A DNA stretch of 53,077 nucleotides. Origin: Myxococcota bacterium (GTDB taxonomy: Bacteria > Myxococcota_A > UBA796 > CAJQPC01). Location: NCBI GenBank assembly GCA_036012755.1, contig DASCPX010000140.1:1-53077 (forward strand), in the 5' to 3' direction. Positions 1 through 9,877 of this stretch are shown here, piece after piece (position 1 is the first letter of the stretch; every line of letters begins with the position of its first letter). A program made the translations under genes and the position numbers. The notes under the pieces are model-generated. The model ran no database searches, was not told the DNA's origin, and was given only the letters and a program-made list of their open reading frames with translations.

Positions 1-306
<306 letters not shown>

Positions 307-313
<7 letters not shown>

Positions 314-801
314 CACTCGAAGAGGGGCGGGTCGGGCTCCTCGTCTACACGCTTCGCAACGAAGCCGGCGAGGTGCTCGACCAGAACGACAGCTCCGATC
401 CGCTCCCGTACCTGCACGGTGCTCAGAACATCGTGCCGGGTCTCGAAGATGCGCTCGCCGGCGCAGAGGTCGGCGATCGTCTGAGCGTCGAGGTGCCTCC
501 CGAGAAGGGCTACGGCCCCCACGACGGCAGCCCGCTCGTCGAGGTGCCCCGGGACCAGTTCCCACCTGGTCAGGAGATCATGCCCGGCATGCACTTCTTC
601 GCCCAGGGTCCCGACGGACACGTCGTGATCTGGGTCAAGGAAGTCGAGGCCGATCTCGTGCGTGTCGACCAGAACCACCCCCTCGCCGGCGTGGCGCTGA
701 GCTTCGAGGTCGAGGTCGTCGGCATCCGCGACGCCAGCGACGACGAGAAGGCCCACGGGCACCCGCACGGGCCTGACGGGACCTCGGGGCACCACCACTA
801 G
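307..801 (+). CDS. slyD: FKBP-type peptidyl-prolyl isomerase SlyD
   Basis: YTLRNEAGEVLD, PLPYLHGAQNIVPGLEDAL, VPPEKGYG, VDQNHPLAG, His-rich tail HGHPHG..HHH. Confidence 0.92.
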
Positions 802-825
802 GGGCGCGAGCACGGCCTCCCACGC

Positions 826-1951
826 TCAGGTCGTCCCGCGCAGCCCCGCCAGCGCCGCGATTCCCCAGGTGACCCCGGCTGCTGCGAACAGCACGATCGG
901 GTCCATGCTCGCCGAGAACATCGCGTCTTGGACCGCGCGCTCGTAGCCGATGATCGCGACGCTGGAGAACGAGATGCCCAGCACCGGCGCGATGACCAGC
1001 GCCGAGAGCCCGGCCTGGCGGTCCACGAGCGCGCCCACCACGGCTCCGCCCAGGGCGGACAGCGTGGGCAGGGTCGCGTAGAGCAGCAGTCCGTCCAGGT
1101 CCTCTGCGACCATCCACTGGTAGCCCCCGAGGAAGGCCACCCACACCGCCGCGCCGGTGGACGGAGCGAGGGCGACCAGCGGTGCGAAGGTAGCCAGGCG
1201 CGTGCGCCAGGTCTTGCGGATCCAGGCGTCCTCGGCTTCGAGCTTCACCCGTCGGCCGCTGGCCTGCTTCGCCTTGGCCAGCCGCTCTTTCCGTAGTCGC
1301 ACCCAGCGCTTGCGCTCGACCTCGTCGCGGGCGGGGCCGAAGCGGGACTTCTCCTCTGCGGGGGCGTCGATCGTGGCCTCTCCCAGCGCGGGCTCGGGGT
1401 TCTCCACTGGCGGGGGCGCATCGGGCGATGCCTGCGGCGCCGCGTCGACCGTGTCCTCCAGCTCGGGCAGCTCACCCGTGCCCTCGAGCGCTGTGCGCCG
1501 CGTGATCTCGGCCGAGACCAGCGGCGTGAAGACATCCATGGCCTCTGTATCGGCCGACAGTCCTTCCATCACCAGGAGCAGCGCTTCCATCAACTCGGCG
1601 CTCTGGCCAGGGCAGTCCACCAGCACCCGGCTGGCCCGATCGCCGCCATCGAAGCCTCCGGGGCCGAGCATCCGGCCCGAGCTCGCTGGCGAGCGCCAGG
1701 CCACGCGGGGCAGTCGGCTCCAGGTCCCAGGCGGTCCGCATGCGGCGCTCCGCTTCCTCGAAGCGCCCGCTCGCTCGCTCGAGGTGGGACCAGACGTCGT
1801 AGAGCTCCGCCTGGGCGGGTTCCAGCGATCGCGCTCGCATCAGCTGCTCCTCGGCAGCATCCAGCTCGCCGATCTCGATGCACTTCTGCGCGTTTCCCAG
1901 GATGTGCCTGAAGCGCTCGATCCCTTGCTCGACGGTCTTCGGCTCGCTCAT
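826..1951 (-). pseudogene. TPR-containing membrane protein, apparently split by a 1-nt frameshift near 1676
   Basis: ATG 1951 gives TPR-like helices (ARSLEPAQAELYDVWSHLERASGRFEEAERRMRTAWDLEP). Coding-like sequence continues in another frame (826-1704) with a Pro/Glu linker and about 4 TM helices. Confidence 0.5.
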
Positions 1952-1991
1952 CGGAACTGCACGAAGGATAGCAGCAGGTACAGTGCGGACC

Positions 1992-4900
1992 GTGGCCGAC
2001 GATGTCCTGGAGATGGCTGGGCTGACCATCAAGCCCGGGGATCGAATCGGGGCCTACGTCTATGTCAAGCCCGTCGGCAAGGGGGGCATGGCGACGGTCG
2101 TCCTCGGTCGGGATCCGAACGACGAGCCCGTCGCGCTCAAGATCCTCAAGGCCTCTCGCTTCGGCACCGGCATGGTCCGCTTTCGCCGTGAGTTTCGGGC
2201 GCTCAGCCGCATCCGGCACCCGAACGTCATCCGCGTCGACGCCTACGGCGACATCCGCGGCCACCCCTTCATCTGCATGGAGTACGTCGAGGGTCGGGAC
2301 CTCCACCAGACCATCCGGGCCTTTCGGTACCTGGACGATCCGGATGACCGCTGGCGCCGCTGCGAGGAGATCCTCGTCGACGTCTGCAAGGGCCTCGCCC
2401 ACGTCCACCAGAAGGGCCTCGTCCATCGGGACATGAAGCCCAGCAACGTGCTCATCGGCCCTGATGGACGCTGCAAGCTCACGGACTTCGGGATCGTCAA
2501 GGACCTCGATCCCGACAACGACGGCTTCCAGTCCGGGACCCTGGTCGGCACTTGGGCCTACGCCAGCCCGGAGCAGATCAGCGGCCGACCGATCGATCAC
2601 CGCTCGGACCTCTACAGCCTGGGGATCATCCTCTTCGCGATGCTGACGGGCTGCCGTCCTTTCGACGAAAAGGACATGAAGGGCTACCTCGACGCCCACC
2701 GGAACAAGGTCCCGCCGCGGCCGCGTCAGTACGAGCCGCGCATTCCGAAGCACCTCGACGAGATCTGCTGGCGCCTGCTGCAGAAGATGCCGGCCGAGCG
2801 CTTCCAGTCGGCGCGCGAGATCCTCTACAAGCTCGAGCAGCTCGAGGAGAAGAGCCACGAGACCCTCGACGCCGACTGGCAGCCACCCCTGGTCGGACGG
2901 GGCGCCGAGCGGGAGATCCTCCACGGCGCGGTAGACCGCCTGACGCGCAGCGAGGGTGGCATGGTCGTGGTCGAAGGTCGGGCCGGTACCGGCCGGACCC
3001 GCATGCTCGAGAGCGCCGGTGCTCGCGCCGCGGCGATCGGGATCCCCTTCTACCGCGTCGACGCGCTCGCTGGCGCGGGGCACCTCTTCGGACTCATCGA
3101 GATCTGTCGCGACGTGCTCCGGGACCTCGGCGAGGACGCCCCAGATGGCCTGAAGGAGATCCTCGAGGAGTTCAGCAGTGGCCGCGCTCGTGGTGGCGAT
3201 GCGCTCTACCGCCTCAACGACCAGCTCCGACCGGCGATGTTGAGCCTGCTGCGGCGGGGTCCGCGGGTCATCCTCTATGACGACTTCCACGCGGTCCCAC
3301 CGCGAGGCGTGGATCTCGTCGCGACCCTCGTGCGAACCCTCGTGGCCGTGGGCGAGCCACTGCTCCTCGTCGTCGCGGTGCGCACAGAGGACGTGCACGG
3401 TCCCGTCGAGGCCTTCGTTCGAGGAGACGACCTTGGTCTCACCCCCTCGCAGATCCGCCTGGAGCCCCTGTCTCGGGCCGCAGTCGGGCGCATGATCGAC
3501 ACCCTTTTGGGGGGCTCCGACAAGGCGGAGGCCCTGGCCGAGCGGCTCCACCAGGAGACCCAGGGAAGCCCGTTGTTCCTCGCCCAGTTCCTGGAGAGCC
3601 TCATCCAGACCGGCATGCTCGTCGCCGGCCTGAAGGGACGCCTGCAGCTGACCGCGGACACAGAGGAGATCCGGACCGGCCACCTCGAGATCCCACGCGG
3701 TGTGCGCAGCGTCCTGCGTGGCCGCCTGAAGCAGCTCGATGCGGAGGAGCTGCGCGTCCTCCAGGTCCTCTCGGTCAGCGCGCGCCCCCTGGAGCTCGAT
3801 CTGCTGCTCGACGTCCTCGACGGGGACGAGGACGAGGTCCTGGACGCCATCGACTGCCTCATCGGCCGAGGGGTCATCGCGGAGCGGCGCAGCGGTGACC
3901 TCGTACATCACAGCGTCCGCCATCGCTTGACAGGGGACGTCGTGTACCGGGACCTCGACAGCGAGGCGCGTGGTGAGACCCACCGTCGAATCGCGGTCGC
4001 GCTGGAAGCCAACTTCGCGTCGCTCCCGGCCGCCGTCGAGCTCGTCGGCGACCACTACCGCCTCGCCGGAGAGGCTGGCAAGGCGTACAGCTACCTGTCG
4101 GCGGCAGCCACTCGGATGATGGCGCGATCCCTGCCCCACCCGGCCTGGGAGCTGTCCAACCGCGCTGTCGCCGTAGAGGACCTCGCCGGCGTGGACCTGT
4201 CCCGGCCGGAGTTCGACGACGCTCGCCTGGAGCTGTTGCGGGTCCGCCAGGACATCTTCTACCTGCGCGGAGAGTGGGACGACTGCCAGAAGACCAGCGC
4301 GGCGCTGGTACGACTCGCTGACATCACCGGTCGCGCCGAGTTGGAGGTCAACGCTCGGGCCACGCTGTCGCGGGTGCTGCTCCGGCTCGACCAGCGAGAC
4401 GCTGCGGGCGACATGGCGGAGCTCGCCCTGACGCTGGCTCGCAAATCGCGGGACCGGGCATCGGTCGCCGAGGCGCTCTTCGCGAACGCGGCGCTGGCCT
4501 GGGACGACGGAGATCTGGAGCGCGTCGAGGCTCTCGCGAGCGAGGGCATGGTGCTCACCAACAGCGAGGACCTGGAGGGACTGCGGGCCGACCTCATGCT
4601 CGCCCACACCGCCGCACAAGCCAGCAAGGGTCAGCTCGCCCTCGCAGCCAAGGGGCTCGTCGAGGCCACCGGGATCTTCGATCGCACCGGTCAGAAGGCG
4701 AAGTGGTGCGTGGCCTGCTCGAACCTCGCCGAGCTCTACGTCTGGCAGGGTCGACTGGTCGACGCCCTGGCCCGCGCCGACGCCTCGCTGCGGGGCGCGG
4801 AGGCCATCAGCTACGCCGTCGGTCGGGCCGCGGCACTCCGGGTTCGCGGCGAGGCCTGGTTGGAGCTGGGTCGCATCCCCGACGCCAGAAGGGACCTTGA

Positions 4901-5465
4901 AAAGGGCCTCGGGCTGGCTCGCGAGCTGGGGGTCGTACAGGAAGCCATCGCCTGCCGCTACGCCCTGGCTCGCCTCGCGGCCTCTCAGGGTGACCCCGCC
5001 GACACGGAGAGCCACGTCGCCATCGCCCGGTCCCTGGCGCGCAAGCGGGACCCCGAGCGCTACAACCCGGCGCTCGTCGCGCTGAACGCCTGGGCTTGCG
5101 CGATGACCGGGGACCTGCGCGACGCCGAGCGCATGCTCGAGGTCGCCGAGAAGACCCTCCACAGCCTGCCGGTGCCCCGTCGGGCGCAGGTGCTCATCGG
5201 CGCGGCGCGGGCTCACTCCGCGCTCGGCAGGAGCGAGGACGGGGAGCGCCTCGCGATGCAGGCGGCGTCCCTCGCTCGAAGCCGTGGGCTTCGGCTCCTG
5301 GAGTTGGAGAGCCGGCTGCTGCTCAGCAAGCTCGTCGACGACCCCGAAGCCGCGGACAAGTGGCGTGCGGAGGCTGCCACCCTGGCCCGGGCCTTCGACA
5401 AGGAGCTGCGCAGCGACCTCGCTGACTCCTTCTGGAGCCGCCCGGGACTGTCTGCGCTGCGGTGA
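1992..5465 (+). CDS. Ser/Thr protein kinase - STAND/AAA ATPase - TPR protein
   Basis: GKGGMATV, VALK, HRDMKPSN, DFG, SPEQ; LVGR..E, P-loop GRAGTGRT, Walker B ILYDDFH, GSPLFL; C-terminal TPR-like helices. Start placed at GTG 1992 after TACAGT. Confidence 0.9.
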   Translation: MADDVLEMAGLTIKPGDRIGAYVYVKPVGKGGMATVVLGRDPNDEPVALKILKASRFGTGMVRFRREFRALSRIRHPNVIRVDAYGDIRGHPFICMEYVEGRDLHQTIRAFRYLDDPDDRWRRCEEILVDVCKGLAHVHQKGLVHRDMKPSNVLIGPDGRCKLTDFGIVKDLDPDNDGFQSGTLVGTWAYASPEQISGRPIDHRSDLYSLGIILFAMLTGCRPFDEKDMKGYLDAHRNKVPPRPRQYEPRIPKHLDEICWRLLQKMPAERFQSAREILYKLEQLEEKSHETLDADWQPPLVGRGAEREILHGAVDRLTRSEGGMVVVEGRAGTGRTRMLESAGARAAAIGIPFYRVDALAGAGHLFGLIEICRDVLRDLGEDAPDGLKEILEEFSSGRARGGDALYRLNDQLRPAMLSLLRRGPRVILYDDFHAVPPRGVDLVATLVRTLVAVGEPLLLVVAVRTEDVHGPVEAFVRGDDLGLTPSQIRLEPLSRAAVGRMIDTLLGGSDKAEALAERLHQETQGSPLFLAQFLESLIQTGMLVAGLKGRLQLTADTEEIRTGHLEIPRGVRSVLRGRLKQLDAEELRVLQVLSVSARPLELDLLLDVLDGDEDEVLDAIDCLIGRGVIAERRSGDLVHHSVRHRLTGDVVYRDLDSEARGETHRRIAVALEANFASLPAAVELVGDHYRLAGEAGKAYSYLSAAATRMMARSLPHPAWELSNRAVAVEDLAGVDLSRPEFDDARLELLRVRQDIFYLRGEWDDCQKTSAALVRLADITGRAELEVNARATLSRVLLRLDQRDAAGDMAELALTLARKSRDRASVAEALFANAALAWDDGDLERVEALASEGMVLTNSEDLEGLRADLMLAHTAAQASKGQLALAAKGLVEATGIFDRTGQKAKWCVACSNLAELYVWQGRLVDALARADASLRGAEAISYAVGRAAALRVRGEAWLELGRIPDARRDLEKGLGLARELGVVQEAIACRYALARLAASQGDPADTESHVAIARSLARKRDPERYNPALVALNAWACAMTGDLRDAERMLEVAEKTLHSLPVPRRAQVLIGAARAHSALGRSEDGERLAMQAASLARSRGLRLLELESRLLLSKLVDDPEAADKWRAEAATLARAFDKELRSDLADSFWSRPGLSALR

Positions 5466-5486
5466 CCGCGGGTTAGAACGCGGCCC

Positions 5487-7889
5487 ATGTCGCGTCGACG
5501 CGAGGGACTCCAGCCCTTTCCGGTGGCTATCGGCCCATACACTCCGCTGCGTCTCCTCGGCCGCGGGGGCATGGCGGGGGTCTACCTGTGCGTGAACGAA
5601 CAGGGGCTCGAGGTCGCGGTCAAGTGGCTCGACGCCAGCTCTCCGAGAGTGCGCCAGCGCTTCGAACGAGAGGGGCACATCCTCGAGAAGCTGCGCCATC
5701 CCGGCGTCGTGCGGCTCCATGACAGGGGCACGGCCCAGGGTCGGCCCTACCTTGTCATGGACTATGTCGAGGGACAGGACCTGAGGGTCTTCGTCACCAA
5801 GCTGCGCCTGCGTCCGGCGCCGGAGCGATGCCGCCAGGCCCGTCGCATCGGCATCGCGTTGTGCGAGGCCCTGACGGCTGTCCACGAGGCCGGAGTGGTC
5901 CACCGCGACGTGAAGCCCAGCAACGTGCTCGTCGATCGGAGCGGGCAGGTGCGGCTCTCCGACTTCGGCGTGGTCAAGGACCTGGAGGCCTACGACGCAG
6001 AGGCCACCGCCGTCGGCGTGATCATCGGAACCGCCGGCTACTGCTCTCCGGAGCAGATCCGCGGTTCTGACATCGACCACCGGGCGGATCTCTATGGCCT
6101 TGGCTGTACGCTCTTCTACCTCCTGACCGGCCGGCGCCCCTACCCCTCGAAGGAGCGCAGGCGTGTCGTCCAGGCCCACCTCCACAGCCCGGTGCCTTCT
6201 CCACGCGCCCTCGACCCCAGCATCCCGAGCGCGATGGAAGCCACGGTCATGCGGCTCATGGCCAAGGACCGAGACGATCGCTACCCGAGCGCGGCGGCCG
6301 TGCGCGTGGCGCTCGAGGCCACCGGCTCCCACGGAGCACCTCCGCCGCTGGCCGGTCGGCGCCGCTACGTCGATGCCGTCGGCCGTGTCCTGGACGAGGT
6401 GCGAGAGGGGCGGCCGCGCGTCATTCGAGCGGTCGGTCCGAGCGGGAGCGGTCGGCGCTGGCTCCTCGAGGTGGTCGAGGACCTGGCTCGTCGTCGGGGC
6501 CTGGACTTCGTGGTGGCGCGGGATCCGGCGACGCTCACAGCTGCGCTGGCTCGAGTGGAGCGGGGCGAGACCCTGGCGGTCGCGACGCGCCTCGCCGTTG
6601 GTCCGAGCTTCACTCTCGAGCGCATCGTCCTCGAGCCGATGGGGCTCGCCGACGTGCGCAGGACGGTCGTGTCCGTCGCCCCCGAAACCCCCGAACCCCA
6701 CGGCGTCGCCGAGCGCATCTACCGCGCCAGCGGTGGACATCCGGCCTGGCTGCTCTCTGTCCTCGACGCGCACAGCGAGGGCAAGGTCATCGAGCTCCCG
6801 CCGCACATCCCCGTGCCCGGGCTGGTCGGGGAGGCCGTCGAAGACCTCGACTTCGAGACCGCCGAGGTCCTTGGAGCCATGGCCGTGCTGGAGGTCCCGG
6901 CTTCCGCGCGACTGCTCGAGCAGGTCTGCCAGTTCCCGGTCGATGCCTCCGTCGAGATCCTCGGCGAGAAGGGCCTCGCGCTGTGCCAGGGCGGCCTCTG
7001 GTCCGTGCTCGGAGAGGTCGTCGGGCGCGCCGCCCGAGCCGCCATCCCCGACGAGATAGCGGTCCACCGGCGGGCCGCGGCGGCCCTGGAGCGCATGCCT
7101 GGCGAGGCAGCCAGGGCCCGCACCCACCGCGAGCTCGCCAGCGACACCGCCGAGGGCCCGCGAGACTGCGATCGCCTCCTCGAGCTGCACCTTCGGGGCT
7201 CCTTCGCCGAGGCGCGTAGGGACGCCCTGGCCGACCTCGGTCGGGCCCGGGGCCGCCGAGAGCGTGAAGAAGAGCTGGCCACCCTTCGGGTCCTGGGCTG
7301 GATGTTGCTCGACCAGGGCCACGCTCGCCTCGCGGAGGCCAGGCTCGCCGACGCCGTCGCGCTCGCCCGCGCGCTGGAGCGCCCTGCGGAACGCCGCGCA
7401 GCCCACATCCTGCGCGCGGCTGCCACCCTGGATGCCCGACCCGGAGCGCCCGGATCTGCGGCCTCTGCGCTCGATCGCGTGCATCGTGCCCTGACCCGGG
7501 TCGCCGTCACCGGGCCCGAGCTCGCCGGGTGGATCGTCTACGCCGCGGCCGTGCGTGCCCGGGCAGCGGCGAGCATCGGGGACGCTCGGAGCTGGGAGGA
7601 TGCGCTGGCCCGCGCGGATGACGGGCTCCGAGACCTCGGTCCAGCCTTGAGGCTTCGCACCGAGCTGGACCTCGCCCGCTCCTGTCTCGCCGCGGGCCTG
7701 GAGGGCGAGGCAGTGCGCCGGGCCGACCACTGCGGCGCCGAGGCAGCCAGCCGTGGCTGGCACGGTGTTGCCTGGCTGGCCTCACGCGTGCGGACCGCCG
7801 CTACGGGGCTGGCGCTGTCCGAGCCGGGAGAGCTCGCAGAGGGCCTGGAGCCGCGGGAGATCGAAGCCCTGCGGACCCGACCGGTCTAG
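5487..7889 (+). CDS. Ser/Thr protein kinase with degenerate, shortened STAND domain and TPR-like tail
   Basis: GRGGMAGV, VAVK, HRDVKPSN, DFG, SPEQ; LAGR, GPSGSGRR, SGGHP; Ala/Arg-rich helical tail. Confidence 0.88.
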   Translation: MSRRREGLQPFPVAIGPYTPLRLLGRGGMAGVYLCVNEQGLEVAVKWLDASSPRVRQRFEREGHILEKLRHPGVVRLHDRGTAQGRPYLVMDYVEGQDLRVFVTKLRLRPAPERCRQARRIGIALCEALTAVHEAGVVHRDVKPSNVLVDRSGQVRLSDFGVVKDLEAYDAEATAVGVIIGTAGYCSPEQIRGSDIDHRADLYGLGCTLFYLLTGRRPYPSKERRRVVQAHLHSPVPSPRALDPSIPSAMEATVMRLMAKDRDDRYPSAAAVRVALEATGSHGAPPPLAGRRRYVDAVGRVLDEVREGRPRVIRAVGPSGSGRRWLLEVVEDLARRRGLDFVVARDPATLTAALARVERGETLAVATRLAVGPSFTLERIVLEPMGLADVRRTVVSVAPETPEPHGVAERIYRASGGHPAWLLSVLDAHSEGKVIELPPHIPVPGLVGEAVEDLDFETAEVLGAMAVLEVPASARLLEQVCQFPVDASVEILGEKGLALCQGGLWSVLGEVVGRAARAAIPDEIAVHRRAAAALERMPGEAARARTHRELASDTAEGPRDCDRLLELHLRGSFAEARRDALADLGRARGRREREEELATLRVLGWMLLDQGHARLAEARLADAVALARALERPAERRAAHILRAAATLDARPGAPGSAASALDRVHRALTRVAVTGPELAGWIVYAAAVRARAAASIGDARSWEDALARADDGLRDLGPALRLRTELDLARSCLAAGLEGEAVRRADHCGAEAASRGWHGVAWLASRVRTAATGLALSEPGELAEGLEPREIEALRTRPV

Positions 7890-7901
7890 GACCGGCGGCG
7901 C

Positions 7902-8870
7902 TCACAGGGTGCTCACGAACCAGAGCACCAGCGTCGAGGCCGCGACGACGAGCAGGGTCATCAGGACCTTCGCCGATGTCGAGGGCTCTGTCTCGAAGGA
8001 GGTGCGCTCCATCGGCGGCGGCGGCTCTGGCCGGCGGATCTCGGGGAGCGGCTCGCCGCTCTCCACCGCCATCGCGGCGATGGTCGTGTTGTCCGGAGCC
8101 CCTCGCTCGAGCGCCATCTCGATGCCGCTACGGACGCTGTCGTCGAGGTCCTTCTGGGGTGCGAACTGCTGGCCGACCTCGTAGTCGGTGAGCATCCCGG
8201 AGAAGCCATCCGAGCAGAGCACCACCCTGTCGTGGGGCATCAGGGAGATGGGCTCTGCGACCTCGACGTCGAGCTCGGGGCCGCTGCCGACGCTGCGATC
8301 GAGGATATGTCCGAGCGGGTGCCCGTCGGCGTGGGTCTCGGGGATCAGTCCGGCGGCGACCATGCGGTTGACCTGCGTGTGGTCCCGCGTGAGACGGATC
8401 GCTTCCCCCGCCCGCACGAGGTAGGCGCGCGAGTCGCCGACGTGGGCGATCCAGAGCTGGTCCTCTTCGACCAGGGCCAACACCGCCGTGCTGCCCATTC
8501 CGCGCAAGGTGGGGGTGTCACCTCCGACCGCCAGCACCCGCGTGTTCGCCGCCTGGATGGCCGCGTCCAGCAGCTCCTCGGGGTCGCGCTTTGGATCGTC
8601 GCTGAAGACCTCGCCGATCGCCTGGACGCTGAGCCGGCTGGCCTCGTAGCCTCCGCTGTGCCCGCCCATGCCGTCCGCGACCACGAGCAGCTGTCTCGGG
8701 CCGGCCACGAACCAGCCCATGAAGTCCTGGTTCTCCTCTCGTACGCAGCCCACGTCCGAGCGGGCGACGACCTGCATGCCCTCGTAGGCTTCCTCCGGCA
8801 GGATCGGAGGGACGACGGTGCGGTCCGTCACGAGGTCGGTCTCTCCTTGTTCGGGTGGTCGATGGCTCAT
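7902..8870 (-). CDS. PP2C/PrpC-type Ser/Thr phosphatase with C-terminal TM helix
   Basis: SDVGCVREENQD, VADGMGGH, GMGST, HVGDSRAY, LCSDG, DNTT; terminal hydrophobic helix. Confidence 0.92.
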   Translation of the reverse strand: MSHRPPEQGETDLVTDRTVVPPILPEEAYEGMQVVARSDVGCVREENQDFMGWFVAGPRQLLVVADGMGGHSGGYEASRLSVQAIGEVFSDDPKRDPEELLDAAIQAANTRVLAVGGDTPTLRGMGSTAVLALVEEDQLWIAHVGDSRAYLVRAGEAIRLTRDHTQVNRMVAAGLIPETHADGHPLGHILDRSVGSGPELDVEVAEPISLMPHDRVVLCSDGFSGMLTDYEVGQQFAPQKDLDDSVRSGIEMALERGAPDNTTIAAMAVESGEPLPEIRRPEPPPPMERTSFETEPSTSAKVLMTLLVVAASTLVLWFVSTL

Positions 8871-8938
8871 CTTAGAGCGACCCTGTTCCGCTGACAGAAT
8901 CGGGACACGCGACGCGTCTCCACGGCCGCTATGGTGGG

Positions 8939-9877
8939 GTGCCTGCTGGAGTCGCCTTGTCCCTTCTCCTCGCCTTCAATCTGGCTGCGAGTGCCGAAGA
9001 GGCGCCGCCGATCGTCAACGGGGATCGCACCGACGATTGGGAGCAGGTCGGCGCATTGATCGTGCGCTACGGCAACCAGGGTTCGAGCTTCTGTTCGGGC
9101 ACGCTCATCGCGCCGAGATGGGTGCTCACGGCTGCCCACTGCATCGAGGCTGCGAAGTCCTACTATCGCCAGGGCTACACGATCAGCTTCGCGATGGGCG
9201 ACCTGAGCGATCCCATCGAGATGGTCGACGGCGAGAGCTTCAAGGCACACCCGAGCTACTCGAGCAGCTCGCTTCAGTACGACGTGGGCCTGATGGAGCT
9301 GAACGAGGCGGTGGTCGAGGTCGTCCCCATCCGCCTCAATCGTGAACGGATGAACTCCCAGTGGAAGGGCGTGGACATCACCTTCGTGGGCTACGGCGCC
9401 ACCAGCGACAGCGGCCAGGGCTCCGGCGCGAAGCGCTACGCGGAGATCCCGATCTACGACATCAGCAACAGCTACTTCCGCGCCTTCGACAGCGAGAGCA
9501 ACCTCTGCTCGGGTGACTCGGGCGGTGGCGGACTGCTGCTCGGCGACGACGGCAACTGGTACGTGGTCGGCGTGAACAGCTTTGTCTTCGCGGTCCAGAG
9601 CAGCACGAGCTGTCGGGGCGGCGGCTCTGGCTCGGGCCGCGTGGACGCCGCGATGGAGTGGATCGACACGAAGATCGACGACCTCGAGAGCTTCTACGAG
9701 CCCGACATCGTCTATGTCAGCGACACCGCCGAGTTGGACACCGGCGACCCGATCCGTCCGAACCAGACCGGCCTCGAGCCCGGGGGGGGATGCAGCAGCG
9801 CACCGTCGTCGGCCAGCTGGGGACTGCTCGCGGTCGCAGGCCTGCTGATCAGGCGGAGGCGCGCCTCCGCAGGCTGA
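8939..9877 (+). CDS. Trypsin-like (S1) serine protease with MYXO-CTERM-like tail
   Basis: PIVNG, CSGTLI, TAAHC, YDVG, GDSGG; tail GGGCSS-TM-RRRR. Confidence 0.9.
   Translation: MPAGVALSLLLAFNLAASAEEAPPIVNGDRTDDWEQVGALIVRYGNQGSSFCSGTLIAPRWVLTAAHCIEAAKSYYRQGYTISFAMGDLSDPIEMVDGESFKAHPSYSSSSLQYDVGLMELNEAVVEVVPIRLNRERMNSQWKGVDITFVGYGATSDSGQGSGAKRYAEIPIYDISNSYFRAFDSESNLCSGDSGGGGLLLGDDGNWYVVGVNSFVFAVQSSTSCRGGGSGSGRVDAAMEWIDTKIDDLESFYEPDIVYVSDTAELDTGDPIRPNQTGLEPGGGCSSAPSSASWGLLAVAGLLIRRRRASAG

Noticed and set aside
1590..7763. 2057-aa minus-strand ORF and other long antisense ORFs (e.g. 13980-16412, 35047-37152, 50193-52802)
   Set aside because: Shadow frames of motif-bearing genes on the opposite strand in high-GC DNA; no recognisable motifs
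1992..7889. Avs-type anti-phage STAND system
   Set aside because: Kinase-STAND-TPR proteins are common signalling proteins in myxobacteria, the P-loops are degenerate, and there is no defence-island context; not strictly excluded
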